From contig JAUCBJ010001713.1 in the NCBI GenBank assembly GCA_032718475.1, positions 1-64,000 on the forward strand: a stretch of 64,000 bases of DNA, given 5' to 3'. The notes under the pieces were generated by a model. It did no database searches. It had not been told where the DNA came from and saw nothing but the letters and a program-made list of their open reading frames with translations. The position numbers and the translations under genes are program-made. Source of the stretch: Nemertoderma westbladi (taxonomy: Eukaryota > Animalia > Xenacoelomorpha). Shown in pieces: positions 39,444 to 52,732 of this stretch (position 1 is the stretch's first letter; each line of letters starts with the position of its first letter).

Positions 39444-39897
39444 GGATACATGACCGAACGTAATCAGGATCGAATGTAACATAGTTATTACGTATCGAAC
39501 GTAACCGCAATTATGTTACATTGGATCCTATAACTATGTTACATTCGATCTACAAATTACTAAGCCCGAATGTAACATTGCTATTTACAGATTTAAAGGA
39601 GCAGGTTACAGAGGCGTGTTGGGGGAACCAAAACAATAAACGAAAGTTAACACATGTTACAAGATTATGCAGGTTACTTAATTGGGTCTTTGTTTTGTAC
39701 TCACCAACACCAAACTGTTTCTTCCTGTAAAGAAACGAAGCATTTCATCGGTTAACTCCTGAAATCAAAACACAACTGAAATAAATGTAACTTACATTCG
39801 AGCTTAGTAATTTGTAGATCCAATGTAACATAATTGAGGTTACGTTCGATTCGTAAAAACTATGTTACATTCGACCCTGATTACGTTCGGTCTGTCC
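39444..39897. mobile_element. Mutator-like MITE with ~130-bp TIRs and a 9-10 bp TSD
   Basis: CGCTATGTAC on both flanks; GACCGAACGTAATCAGG / CCTGATTACGTTCGGTC inverted ends. Confidence 0.75.
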
Positions 39898-40130
39898 CGC
39901 TATGTACGATACACCCCACCAATAGTCTACATGATGAATCTCCTGCAAGTTAACAGAGAACGTCTTCGCCAACAAAACTGGGATCGAGGAGTCTAAGTCT
40001 TACCACCAGCGACTGCAGGTCGGGGAATGTCGGCTTCCGTTTTGTGAGGATTACGAATCCCCAAGGATTGAATTCTACATTTTCTAAATTCGTCATTGTT
40101 TGTGATTTAGCGTTTAGGCTATGGATGGAG

Positions 40131-41315
40131 TTATACCTTTTTAGTTTTACATAGATATTTATGGTAACTCCAGGCCTTTGTCTGACATTGGCGGTTACAG
40201 TAGGGTTCTTTACAATTGCTGCAGCATTCCTTGACTCCCTTGCGCTTGCAGAGTTCGCAGATTGCATTCCGTGACTCGAAATCCGTCGAAAGCGACTGAT
40301 AATTGGTAAGGAGATTAAAATCGCTGAACTGTAGATTCCCGGAACTCTTGACAACACGCACGAATTCTGCGAACGTTGACGCAGTTTCTTCGAGAGGTTT
40401 CTTGAAGTTCTTCCCAAGTTCTTCAGCCAGTTTATATACACAATCAGTTTCTGATACTTTATATTCTTCCTGATCACTATTTATTCCCATTACCTGCGAT
40501 TTATTATCCTCCTGAGTATCCGCTTGAGACTCACAACTATTTAGTACCTCAGGTTTTATATCCAAACCAAAACGCTGAAATAACACCAACCAATCCGCTA
40601 CTTTGCGTGGTTTGTCGTTGGTGTTTTGGTACCAGTTGGCGGCTAGCAGTCGCCACCTGGCGTCTTTTTCACGTAAATCGTCATGAACCTCGGCAGTAAA
40701 AGCTTCTCTTAGCGCTTTCATCGCTCTGGCGTCAGTAGGCCAGCCACCTACAGACAACCCGTAGTCCCAAGCCCGAAGCATGTAGAACATCGACTTTCGA
40801 TAACTAACAGGACATCCGTTTCCAGTTAGGTACATAATCGCCAGCATGGAATAAGTACGGCCATCACGCCAGACATCAACCAGGGGGTCGGTAATCGCAA
40901 CTCTACACAAATGGAATGCTTTTATACTATCAGTATTAATAATATTATCAGTTGTTTCACGCAAACCAAAGTAGATTTCAGCCAGCGCGTAATTCGCAAT
41001 ACCAACACCGCCTGCGGCTGACTCCTGTATCAGACTAACCGTGTCCTTCCCGTATATGCAGTTATCCTCGTTGGTGTCCGTATCGGCCATCAACCACGAG
41101 GCCCTGGCTGCCATGGCGACAGGATGGCCGACTTTAGCGCCCTGTTTGAGATGACGATGAGTTGCTTCTAAGTCCCCATCCTTGTTCGCTTGGGCAGCGG
41201 AGATTAAAGACTGGTGTCCGGCTTGGTCGGGATTAAAGTTTATCTGCGTGAGGTATGTGGAATCATCTTCCGTAGTTTCTGACATGCCTGTAATATTCAA
41301 TAGGCCTTCTTCCAC
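40131..41315 (-). CDS. SEL1-like repeat / MYND zinc-finger protein, single ORF nested in the channel intron
   Basis: C-terminal CELC...CCSNCKEPYCNRQCQTKAWSYHKYLC is a zf-MYND; ANYALAEIYFG and LAIMYLTGNGCPVSYRKSMFY are SEL1-like; start uncertain (first in-frame ATG ~41286). Confidence 0.8.
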   Translation of the reverse strand: MEEGLLNITGMSETTEDDSTYLTQINFNPDQAGHQSLISAAQANKDGDLEATHRHLKQGAKVGHPVAMAARASWLMADTDTNEDNCIYGKDTVSLIQESAAGGVGIANYALAEIYFGLRETTDNIINTDSIKAFHLCRVAITDPLVDVWRDGRTYSMLAIMYLTGNGCPVSYRKSMFYMLRAWDYGLSVGGWPTDARAMKALREAFTAEVHDDLREKDARWRLLAANWYQNTNDKPRKVADWLVLFQRFGLDIKPEVLNSCESQADTQEDNKSQVMGINSDQEEYKVSETDCVYKLAEELGKNFKKPLEETASTFAEFVRVVKSSGNLQFSDFNLLTNYQSLSTDFESRNAICELCKRKGVKECCSNCKEPYCNRQCQTKAWSYHKYLCKTKKV

Positions 41316-41819
41316 AATGACACGATATATTAATTAATAAAAAACAAACAATTAAACCTATCTGTCCGTAGGCCACTTGATCAGTATACCAGTATACAGC
41401 GCTGTACCCACAATATATGCCTATCTGCACATTGCGCATTGCCTATCCTTATTTCGTCCATTTCATTTTAAAACAACCTAAATGACAAAATTGACCTTTC
41501 CTGTAAAATGGCATTTTTGAATCCATTAAATCCATTAAATGTAACGATTATAAACAAAAACAGTTATGGTATTGGAATTATGTAACATATTAGGTAGGAA
41601 ACTATGTAGAGGGATAGGTTGTTTAAAAAAAATATTACATTTTGAACAATGATTACTCAAAAAGCATTAAAACCCTAAGACAAATTCGATTATTAAGTTT
41701 TAAAAATATAAAACAAATCCCCCTCTATCATAATAAACAACAATAAATTCTAGCTCCTGATTCGTTGTTTCCAATTTTATATACTACTAGGATCGGCATG
41801 CTGCATTGCAGCTGCATTT

Positions 41820-44010
41820 TTAAGAATGCTGTGCCGGCTTGTCAACAAAATTGCACCGCCACAACTCCCTATCACCCATGACATTTGCTAGATCATCCGC
41901 ATCTTCAAGGCCAGTGTCCTTTAAGATGCGTCTCAAGAAAGTCATGGGCTGTCCACCATGCTTATTCACTCCATGAGACTGCCAAAGTACAAGATTATGC
42001 ACTGGCTGGTCCTCACGGCGAAAGCAATGTCCTGCAAAGCGGAGGCGATTTTGTTCTAGTGTCAAGCTTGGGGGAACCAATGAGACACCTCCAATGTTAT
42101 ATAGTGTCTGGTTGGAGATGTATGCATTGTACTTGACACAATGAACCCGGCGTAGCATTCTTGTGAATGTGCCATCCAGAGATTTGGTGTCCTCAGCAGT
42201 TAGAGCCCAGCATGGACTCCCGTAGAGGAGTACTGGAACTACTGCTGCTCTAAATAATCGGACCTTAAGTTTCCGATTAATTCTCGGTGACTTCCAAATC
42301 CTGGAAAGCCTATTCAAGGCTGCCCATGCCTTTCCCTTACGTATTCGAAGGTCCTCACTTGACTTCCGGATCCATGATCCCAGGTAACAGAAGTCGTCCA
42401 CATGCTCAAGCATACCATCCTTTGAGCTTATGCTCATCCGATCAGAGACTTGCTGAGGTCTTTCAAAGTTAACTGTCAAAATTTTGGTCTTTCTGGAGTT
42501 AATAAAAAGACCAACACTAGAAGCAGCATGTTCTAATGAGCTGAGGAGCCGTTGGGCTCCCTCTAATGATTCTGAGAGTACTCCTAAGTCATCAGCAAAG
42601 TCTAGATCAGTTAGGTACTTGGCAGGATTTCCTCGACTTCTGGACCCAGTAGGTGGAGTTATCATCACCCCATCATCATTATTATGATCTAAGGACATGC
42701 GTAGAACATAGTCAACCACAATAATGAACAAGAATGGTGCAAGTGTGTCTCCTTGGAGGACGCCCCATAACACTTCAAATGGTTCTGTGTCACCGTCAAC
42801 AGTAGATACAAATGTTGTCGAACCATCGTATACTGATCTGATTGCTGCAATAATTTCATCAGGAATCCCATATAATGAAAGTATGCTGAACATACATGAG
42901 CGAGAGACTGAATCAAAGGCCTTGAAGAAGTCAACAAAGATAACAGCCAGATGCCTGTCTTTCTTTTTTGATAATTCTTCAATTATCCTTCTAAGTGCCA
43001 AAATGGGCTCCATGGTCCCACGACCTTTACGGAACCCATTCTGATTTCCACGGAGCAGTCTCTCAATGGGATCCCTGATGCGATTTAATAGAATCCTATT
43101 GTATAGCTTTGCAGCAATCGAGATCAATGAGATTCCCCGAAAAGAACCATAGAATGTTAGGTTGCCCTTCTTGGGAACTGGCACCAACTTATTTGTTTTC
43201 ATTTCTTGTGGGACTCTTGTTGTTCGGTACATTTGTTTTCATTTCTTGTGGGACTCTTGTTGTTCGGTACATGTCTACTATGATGGGATAGATGAGCTTT
43301 AAACACTCAGGTATTTTAATGACCTCAGGGGGAACACCATCTACTCCACTGGCACGATTGGTCTTAATGCTCTTTGCAGCAGCCTTCACTTCTGCAAAGG
43401 AGATATCGCCAATGGGAATATCTGGGAGTACAGACTCAGACACTTTTACTTCTATAAAGTTATCAGGCAATACCCTGTCATTATTGAGGAGCTTTTCAAA
43501 GTGGGCTTTCCAACCATTGAGGCGATCGGCTGGTGATTCAGCCTTAACCTTGGTGGTTGGTTGGCTTTTCCGCCCAGTAAGCAAATTGATCGATTTCCAT
43601 GCCTGGGATGATTGCCTGCTGTCGTCAGCATCATTGATGGCATCAACCTGTTGGTTTATTACCTCCTGTAGATTAACAGAGTACTGCCTGTTCAGGGACC
43701 TAGATGCAGCCTTAACTGCATTCTTGGCCGCTGTAGTCTGTTTGAGTCGGGACTCTTTCTGCGCCTTATGAAGGTCATTTCGGCACTTCTGAATTTTGTT
43801 GTCAGTCCAGGGGGCCCTTTACCTGTTTCGAGGGTATACAGGAACTGTTTCTGCAGCTGCTAACTTAACTGCTTCTGTAAAGGCAGTATAGCCCTCACAG
43901 TGATCTGCCGCCTCAGAGGCAAGAGCCTCATACCTGTTGCTCAGCTGTAGTGTGAAGCTGGATCTCACACTTGGCTGTTGCAACAGAGAGGACCAGTCAT
44001 GCCGCGGCAA
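41820..44010 (-). mobile_element. RTE-clade LINE, 5'-truncated, frameshifted by a ~41-bp tandem duplication at 43190-43272
   Basis: FRGISLIS, QNGFRKGRG, FVDFFKAFDSV, GVLQGDTLAPFLF, DFADD, FCYLGS, RLRFAGHCFR motifs. Confidence 0.92.
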
Positions 44011-45402
44011 GGCAGATTTCGTTGTATAAATAAAATTTTAAAATTTTATATCAAATATATATTAGTATAAAATTTTATATAAACGTTTCCAGGGCTTACT
44101 CTATTTATAATAGTAAAATGTATTATATAGGTTGTTTTAAAATAAAATTTCTTTATCATGGAGTGTATGCAAAACTGGCATATAGGTGGTTTTAAAACGA
44201 TAAATATCTCAGTTATACGTGGGGCTCTTCTAAGTGAGTAATCGGAATCAGAATACATTTTAACATAAAGAAATGCAGCAATCTCCATTTCGGCCAAAAT
44301 GGCATATATGTGGTTTCAAAATGAAAGGGACTATTTGACAGTTTGAGTTAATTATATTTTTCTGTGGTTAATAATCCGTTCATACTTTCTTCGACTGTTC
44401 AATTCTAACTAAACACGGTAAACGACTTCATTTATCGAATGTAGGTCAAGAGAACAAGCTCTACAGTATGTATACCAGTGTAACTTTATAAGGCCAGTGA
44501 GAATACTTTATACGGTAGGTAAGAAACAAAGAAACCAAAAATGATCATAACATAGACCACGGCCCTCTAGGCCTGGCATAGGATCCAACCCCAACATGAG
44601 TTAGGGTTGGGCCAAACTGTAGGCTACTGTTACCGGTACGCGTATTCCCAAATCCTTACACTAGTAGGAACACATCTTGAATTGACGCTTGGGATTGGTT
44701 AATGAGCTAATATTTGATTGGACGTTGAAATCATGTAAGGAATGGAGAGAGTGGGTCGAACTAAGGAGTTTATACTCAGTTGGCTGGTAGAAAGTGTTCC
44801 AAACGCTGTAAGGAATGGATAAATTCGGTGAAATCATGTAAGGATTATCTGCCTATTAAACGGTTCATTGTCAGATAACAGTACAAATATATACGAATAA
44901 CAATATACAGTACATCTGTATATTCAGTGATAACGTTGTATAAGGAATCGTTTTACAGATCATTCTCCTTGATTTTTCCGATGAAAAGATTGTAGTAATA
45001 GAGTAGCTAGCTTTATTGATAGTATTTACTATTGAAATTTATTCATTTGATGTTCATATTTAAAAGCATTTCACAATTTGTAAAGATAAATATTCCAATG
45101 AAATAAACTCATAATTTTCAAATGATGTTTAGTATTTGTTCGATTTGCATTTATGTTCATCGACAGGTTTCTACAGCGCTTTTTAGCGCTTTGAGACATA
45201 TCAAGTACCATGAGGTCGGCCAGCAGGCATCCGCTTACTTCCTACTGTAAGAGCTACTCGTCTGCGCGCTTGTGTAGTTGGCTGCACACGAATAGCAAAT
45301 AGACTATTCCTAAGCAACCCTACAGTGTAACACTTAAACTCGTTGAAAAAAGCAATGTATCCCTAGACCCTAGTAGTCAACAATTTTCCAATTGTTTCAG
45401 CA

Positions 45403-46038
45403 CTAGCAAACCAGGCGCGCTTACGCGCGCCTGGGAGCCAACTAACAATATAATAATGTGTTCACAATAAATTATTAAAAAGGCAATTTTTCAAGCGCCC
45501 AACACTCCACATGTACACTACTGTATCTTGCAACTAAAAAGTCAATCAGGAGGCCAGAATTCCCAGGAACATATTGTAATAGATATTAAATTTCATTGAA
45601 TCCAGGGCAAGAGTTTGTGTTGTATTCTGTGAAAGGAGCTATCAGCTGGGTAAAATGTTATTTGCAAGAGAGATCCCAGTCTATAACTTGGCAATCACTC
45701 AAATCCATTCAGCTGAATCTCACAGTAGAGCATTGATTCTGGGTTACAACTAATAAGCAGTCAATGACAAATTTTCGTTGATTTGCACACCGACGTCTTA
45801 TAATTGGCTGAAGTGTGTTTGAGAGCAATGGATATTGAGCTCAACATGTTAAGATCTTACATATTCTTAATTAGCTCGAGAATTAATTAATTAGTTAACG
45901 TGTAACTTTCCTATTCCATGGCCGTTACACATATAAACCACCACACAAAGTCTCGTAACGATTCACCGGAGCGTTTAGGCGGAGATAGAGCAACGACATA
46001 CATACTGTACAACATTGACAATCTATTTGAATTATAGA
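45403..46038 (-). mobile_element. Non-autonomous Helitron
   Basis: Minus strand begins A|TCTATAATTCAAATAGATT..TATGTATGTC and ends GGCGCGCGTAAGCGCGCC-TGGTTTG-CTAG|T. Confidence 0.7.
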
Positions 46039-46391
46039 TACTAGAGCAACCCTATATAAACCATAACAACAATGCTAGTATAGGCCTACTGAATAGCTAA
46101 TGTCACCTGCTGCTGCTAGCATACTCTTCTCATACTGTTGGTATAATAACCCTTACATGATTTGACCCATTTTCTCCATTCCTTACAGCGTTTGGAACAC
46201 TTTGTATCTACCTGCTATCTACAGTAAGAGAAACAAAACGCTTACACTAGTTCGACCCCTATCTCCATTCCTTATATGATTTCAACGTCCAATCAAATAA
46301 TAGTTTATTAACCAATCCCATGCACCAATTCATGATGTGCTCCTACTGGTGTAAGGATTGGGAATACGCTACCGTACCGGTACAGTTTGGC

Positions 46392-47195
46392 CAGGGACGG
46401 ATTAAGGACATGACTGCCCGGGTGCACTTTTCCACTGCTGCCCCCCCCCCCCCACCCCTGTTGTATCTGTGTTATGCATTGCTTATTTTATAAAATTACT
46501 GTATTTTAGTATATTAATTGTTATTGATTTACACCTGTGTAAATAATACATTGGAACTTTACACTGCATTTTAATAATAACAATAATTACATAATTAATT
46601 AATTGGATATTATTACATGGGAATTACAATACATTGACTGAGTTTGAGTTAGATATTTATTATAATTCTCTGTATAATATTGAAAAAACAATCAAAGTTT
46701 ACTTGAAGTGCGCCTTTCTAGCCTTCCGACTAGCAAAGTCCGCCACAATTTCGCCGAACTCCATTTCGCGCAGCATGTGTCGCTCCATGCTCATCACTGC
46801 CAGCATATTGATCCGCGTCTAGCTCATAACTGACCGCAGCACTGAATTTAATATGCCCAGCTTTGAAAAGTTTCTACTTGTTTCTGCCACTACGTGCTGA
46901 CTGTTTCACCCCATGTTAAAGAAATAGATGTTCTGGAATGAATATTTTGAATATTTATGAGATGGGTGATGGGCTAGATATAAATAACGATAGATAATCG
47001 CATTATTGTTCCACGCCATATAGGTGATTTAATAACAAAATGGTTTGTAAGTGGCTTATTCCGTTAAAAATAATGTAGAAAATAATGTATTTTATACATT
47101 ATAAAATACCTGCGGCACCTTGGCAACAAAAGCACCTGGCGGCCCCTTGGCGGCGGCGGCCCGTGTGCACCTGCACCCCCCTTAATACGCCCCTG
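46392..47195 (-). mobile_element. Internally deleted hAT transposon with a dimerisation-domain remnant
   Basis: TIR CAGGGACGGATTAAG / CTTAATACGCCCCTG, 8-bp TSD AGTTTGGC/AGTTTGGG; FSKLGILNSVLRSVMS*TRINMLAVMSME...IVADFASRKARK at ~46700-46870. Confidence 0.85.
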
Positions 47196-50100
47196 AGTTT
47201 GGGCCGTGTCACAGATGAGCTTAAAACTTTCAAATACAATATTTTTTAGCCTACACATTATGTAGTAGGGGGCCAAGCCTATGGATATAAGTTCACTCAT
47301 AAACTGTCAACTTTTATCTTTCAACATGCAACTTTCTAATTTGAAAATGCACTACAGTAGTTCCATTTTCTAGCATACTTGAAAGTTGAAAACTAGCAAC
47401 TCTAGCATTGACAGCCAATCAGAGGTAAGAACTATTTATCAGCCTAGCCTCTATCTTGCAATAATATAATATGTATAGTTATCCAATATTTTCTTCTGAG
47501 CTTAAATTTAAATCTTGATTGTTTATGTGTGAATAGGGCGAGCGGGAAGTACTGTTTATGTGGTCGTTGAAATGACATGGTTTTTTTATTTTCACTAAAA
47601 TTCTAACAATTCTACTCTTTATTCTTTGTACTAATTACAGTTCGTGCTCTACCAGTCTCAACTTGTTTTAAAGACGCAATTAGTGTATGGTCTAGTAACA
47701 GTAATCATGTGCGTGTATTTTCGTAATCAACTGTTGTACAGTACCTGTGTAATCAGTGTACCTGGCTTACGTACCGTAAGTGTACCTGGTTGTTCTTTCT
47801 CCGGTGTAATAATTACATTATATTTTAAATATTGTTACTGTGAAATAATAATAATAATGTGATTTTAATTCATTTAATTAATTAGGGCCTACACAATTAT
47901 TCTGAAATAAATCATCCCCCTAGTGATTGGCTGAAAGAGGACGCGACTTTAATGATTGGATAAAACTGTGCTGAATTGAATTTATCTACCCCGGCTAGTG
48001 ATTGGATGATTTATTTTCAAACAGGGACTCTGGGTGTATTTGGATAAATCTTCCAATCGCTATTTCAGCCATTCGCTAGGGGGAGATAGTTTTCAGTTCA
48101 AAAGGTCCAAAAGAGTCGAAATGTGAGTCAGAGGGTCGGAGGACTAAAAACACTGCCAAACAATAAAAGGGAAAGGACAGAGAGCTTTCTCAGTAGACTA
48201 GGCCAAACAAAAACAAAAATGTTTGAGAATTTTCATATAAGTTAGTAGGACAATTGCCCCCGTGGACATTTGAACCCCCCCCCCCCCCCCCAAAGACTAT
48301 TGCCCACCCCCCCCCCCCCATATCTTATTTATAGTATATAGTGTTAAACCTTGAAATCCTTTGAATGATTTCCTATGGTTTTATGATTATTATATTATTA
48401 ACCTTGATCTCCTTAACTTAAAAAAATCAAATTTTAATATTTATGTGTTTTTCAAAATAGCCACGATTTTTTGACTAGAACAATTTGATTGATCTTATGC
48501 TAGCTTTTTGATGACATAATTTAAAGGTTTCAGTGCTTTAACAATATTTCTCAAACAATATTTTATTGTAATGAATTACTTCAGTTGGAAAATATCGGAA
48601 TTATTGAGCCCATAAATAAGCACGCAAGGATTATTTCAAATATAAAACGGACTTAGCTGTATAAAATTATTTCTTTGAATGTTGTTAACAAGTTAGGAAC
48701 GAACTTGACCAACTTGCTAGTTAGAAACCACCTTATTATTTTGAGGGTTTTCCTCGGGGGGAATTAATGTTTGGTGTGTTTAAGTGTTATTTGGGGACAA
48801 TAGTCTGGGGGCCTGGAACCTGGTCCTTTCATATGGCAGTTGGGAAATCTAATGCCCCATGGTTTTATTTTACCTTTAGGCAAGGGATTACGAACAAACT
48901 ACAAAGTCTGACGTCGTACTTCTAGTGTTGCCCGTTCCCGTCCACCCGTAACTATACTCCTCAGGGGGAAGTTGTCTCATTTAAAGGATCATTCATCTCT
49001 GGATCCAGAGATTCGAGGTAAGTGTTTTAAACCTCTACTTCAAGGCGGGACATGCAATACCTATGGCTGAGTACTGTAATAAAAAGTTCACTTTTTGAGA
49101 CATGTTTAATTCAAATATATATTATATAATAGTAACAAATTGCATTATTAGATGGCAGATATATTACAGATTTACAATTTAATTAACACACCTTGCTAAC
49201 TAAAAATACTAGACAATTACTATAACAATGATTAATATAATCAACTCTAACGATTATTGTAACGTAAATATCATTTCGCAAACAGTGAATGTAAATTAAA
49301 ATAAATCATGATATTTTAATTAATTCCATAGTTTGGTGTGCATACAATGTGTACAATATAACAATTTATTGAGTGCACCGTGATTGGTTAACTATCACTA
49401 AACTCAGCTCAGCTTATCCAGAGAGGTTTGTGAGGACGAAAATAATTAGTGAACATGAAGATAGGTGGATCTGAAAAGTAAAATTCCTTCCAACAATTTG
49501 TACTTTTTTTCTCCAAAATTCTAACATAACGACGATATCCCATTTTCAGAGTATTCTTAGATGTCACTACCATAGTTAATAACGTAGGCCATTTAAACAT
49601 GCTCCACACTCCAACTCAATTATGAATAAATACATATAGTATATAATGACTGGTACAACATATTTTGCACAATGTAAGGTAAATAAATGTTTACAGTATA
49701 AATTGTAATTGTATACGTACTACGTACCATGTATATAAAATGAAATGGCAAACGACTGAATACATTGTATATATATTATGTACACGCAAAAGGGCCAATG
49801 GCTAAGAGATTAACAACAAAATGACTAAAGAACAGAGATAGAAACAAAACACTTTTAAATTTCAATATAAAAGCAAAAATAATGATGGTATTGAATAAAT
49901 CGTAAAAAATAGGTATACATCTAGGCGACCTAACGCATTCAATCAGACAATATAATATTCGCTCTTTAAGTTTCACTAGAAACATAAATTATGATGAATT
50001 AATTAATTATATTATATATATAACCTACAAAAAATAAGATTAAATTTAAATATATATAATATGTATTAGGGTTCCCCTTAAAAAAATCAAATTTTAAATA

Positions 50101-50384
50101 CCAAACCCCTTAAACACAAACTGGTTTTGATTTTTAAAACAAAAATTTGATGTTTTAAAAAACTAGCTTTATTTTACTTTGAGAAACATTGATTTTTAGC
50201 GGTCGATCAAATCTTTACAACAAATTAAACCAAAGCGACCCTTGGTAACCTCGAAATATCAATATTTGAACAATTATCATCAAATGGAATCTCAATTTAA
50301 GGTTAAATAAGGGTTAAAATTCGCGGAAATGTTTTAAGACGAAATCTCGAGACTTCATAGACCTAGTTAACAGTAAAATATAAA

Positions 50385-52292
50385 GACAGTGGTTGAGTTG
50401 TGTGGTTAACTGAGGATGGAAGTGTCAGGGGACAGTGGTTGAGTTGTATGGTTAACTGAAATTGGAAGCGTCAGGGGACAGTGGTTGAGTTATGTGGTTA
50501 ACCGAGGAAGGAAGTGTCAGGGGACAGTGGTTGAGTTGTGTGGTTAACTGAGGAAGGAAGTGTGGGGGGACAGTGGTTGAGTTGTGTGGTTAACTGAGGA
50601 AGGAAGTGTCAGGGGACAGTGGTTGAGTTGTGTGGTTAACTGAAGATGGAAGTGTCAGGGGACAGTGGTTGAGTTGTGTGGTTAACTGAGGAAGGAAGTG
50701 TCAGGGGACAGTGGTTGAGTTGTGTGGTTAACTGAGGATGGAAGTGTCAGGGGACAGTGTTTGAGTTGTGTGGTTAACTGAGAATGGAAGTGTCAGGGGA
50801 CAGTGGTTGAGTTGTGTGGTTAACTGAGGAAGGAAGTGTCAGGGGACAGTGGTTGAGTTGTGTGGTTAACTGAAGATGGAAGTGTCAGGGGACAGTGGTT
50901 GAGTTGTGTGGTTAACTGAGGAAGGAAGTGTCAGGGGACAGTGGTTGAGTTGTGTGGTTAACTGAGGAAGGAAGTGTCAGGGGACAGTGGTTGAGTTGTG
51001 TGGTTAACTGAAGATGGAAGTGTCAGGGGACAGTGGTTGAGTTGTGTGGTTAACTGAGGAAGGAAGTGTCAGGGGACAGTGGTTGAGTTGTGTGGTTAAC
51101 TGAGGATGGAAGTGTCAGGGGACAGTGTTTGAGTTGTGTGGTTAACTGAGGATGGAAGTGTCAGGGGACAGTGGTTGAGTTGTGTGGTTAACTGAGGATG
51201 GAAGTGTCAGGGGACAGTGGTTGAGTTGTGTGGTTAACTCAGGAAGGAAGTGTCAGGGGACAGTAGTTGAGTTGTGTGGTTAACTGAGGATGGAAGTGTC
51301 AGGGGACAGTGGTTGTGTTGTGTGGTTAACTGAGGATGGAAGTGTCAGGGGACAGTGGTTGTGCTGTGTGGTTAACTGAGGATGGAAGTGTCAAGGGACA
51401 GTGGTTGAGTTGTGTGGTTAACTGGGGATGGAAGTGTGGGGGGACAGTGGTTGAGTTGTGTGGTTAACTGAGGATGGAAGTGTCAGGGGACAGTGTTTGA
51501 GTTGTGTTGTTAACTGGGGATGGAAGTGTCAGGGGACAGCGATTGAGTTGTGTGGTTAACTGAGGATGGAAGTGTCAGGGGACAGTGGTTGAGTTGTGTG
51601 GTTAACTGAGGATGGAAGTGTCAGGGGACAGTGGTTGAGTTGTGTGGTTAACTGAGGATGGAAGTGTCAGGGGACAGTGGTTGAGTTGTGTGGTTAACCC
51701 AGGAATGAAGTGTCAGGGGACAGTGGTTGAGTTGTGTGGTTAACTGAGGATGGAAGTGTCAGGGGACAGTGATTGAGTTGTGTGGTTAACTGAGGAAGGA
51801 AGTGTTAGGGGACAGGGGTTGAGTTGTGTGGTTAACTCAGGAAGGAAGTGTCAGGTGACAGTGGTTGAGTTGTGTGGTTAACTCAGGAAGGAAGTGTCGG
51901 GGGACAGTGGTTGAGTTGTGTGGTTAACAGAGGATGGAAGTGTCAGGGGACAGTGATTGAGTTGTGTGGTTAACTGAGGAAGGAAGTGTTAGGGGACAGT
52001 GGTTGAGTTGTGTGGTTAACTGAGGAAGGAAGTGTTAGGGGACAGTGGTTGAGTTGTGTGGTTAACTCAGGAAGGAAGTGTCGGGGGACAGTGGTTGAGT
52101 TGTGTGGTTAACTGAGGATGGAAGTGTCAGGGGACAGTGATTGAGTTGTGTGGTTAACTGAGGAAGGAAGTGTTAGGGGACAGTGGTTGAGTTGTGTGGT
52201 TAACTCAGGAAGGAAGTGTCAGGTGACAGTGGTTGAGTTGTGTGGTTAACTGAGGGTGGAAGTGTCAGGGGACAGTGATTGAGTTGTGTGGT
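50385..52292. repeat. 46-bp minisatellite, about 41 copies
   Basis: Unit GACAGTGGTTGAGTTGTGTGGTTAACTGAGGA(T/A)GGAAGTGTCAGGG. Confidence 0.97.
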
Positions 52293-52312
52293 CGCGGTCG
52301 ATATATACTGTA

Positions 52313-52368
52313 CTGAAGAGGCTTAACAGGTCGAAACGGTACCGAATACGGGTACCGTTGATTCAACC
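52313..52368 (+). ncRNA. Hammerhead ribozyme-like core (type I) lacking an adjacent stem I 5' arm
   Basis: CTGAAGA-GGCTT AAC AGGTC-GAAA-CGGTACC GAATACG GGTACCG-TT; core, stem II, stem III and a GUU triplet are present. Confidence 0.55.
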
Positions 52369-52732
52369 TCCAATGAGTCCTTCCACCTAAATTTTCCACT
52401 TCTGAACAAAATTAATATTCATAATATATAATTATTATATATAGCATATGCGAAGTAGAAATACAAACACTACAGCAATAATTGCACAAATTACATAACA
52501 TACAATATAAAACAAATCAAAACATGTGATTATCAAAGTTACATCCCAAATATTATACAAGCAAAGTTGAACTTCGCAGTTGAGATATAAATCGTAATAA
52601 TAGAAAAAGTTTATACAAGTCGTGCATAAGTTAAAAAATGCTCCTGAAGTTATATTAGAGACTTGTCTAGTGTTCAGCTATACCATACAGTTAGTTGTTA
52701 AAGGTTTACTGAAGTACCGTGCGGGTAGATAG

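Larger units (their letters stand above)
44549..47208. mobile_element. Old TIR element hosting nested insertions
   Basis: CACGGCCC...GGGCCGTG ends; 44610-44840 is the inverted counterpart of 46150-46391. Confidence 0.6.

Noticed and set aside
40758-40790. GTCCCAAGCCCG twister-like loop
   Set aside because: No P1, P2 or T1 partners; it is the antisense of coding sequence in the SEL1/MYND ORF
50385-52292. CRISPR-like appearance of the 46-bp array
   Set aside because: Head-to-tail units without unique spacers, no cas genes, and a eukaryotic context
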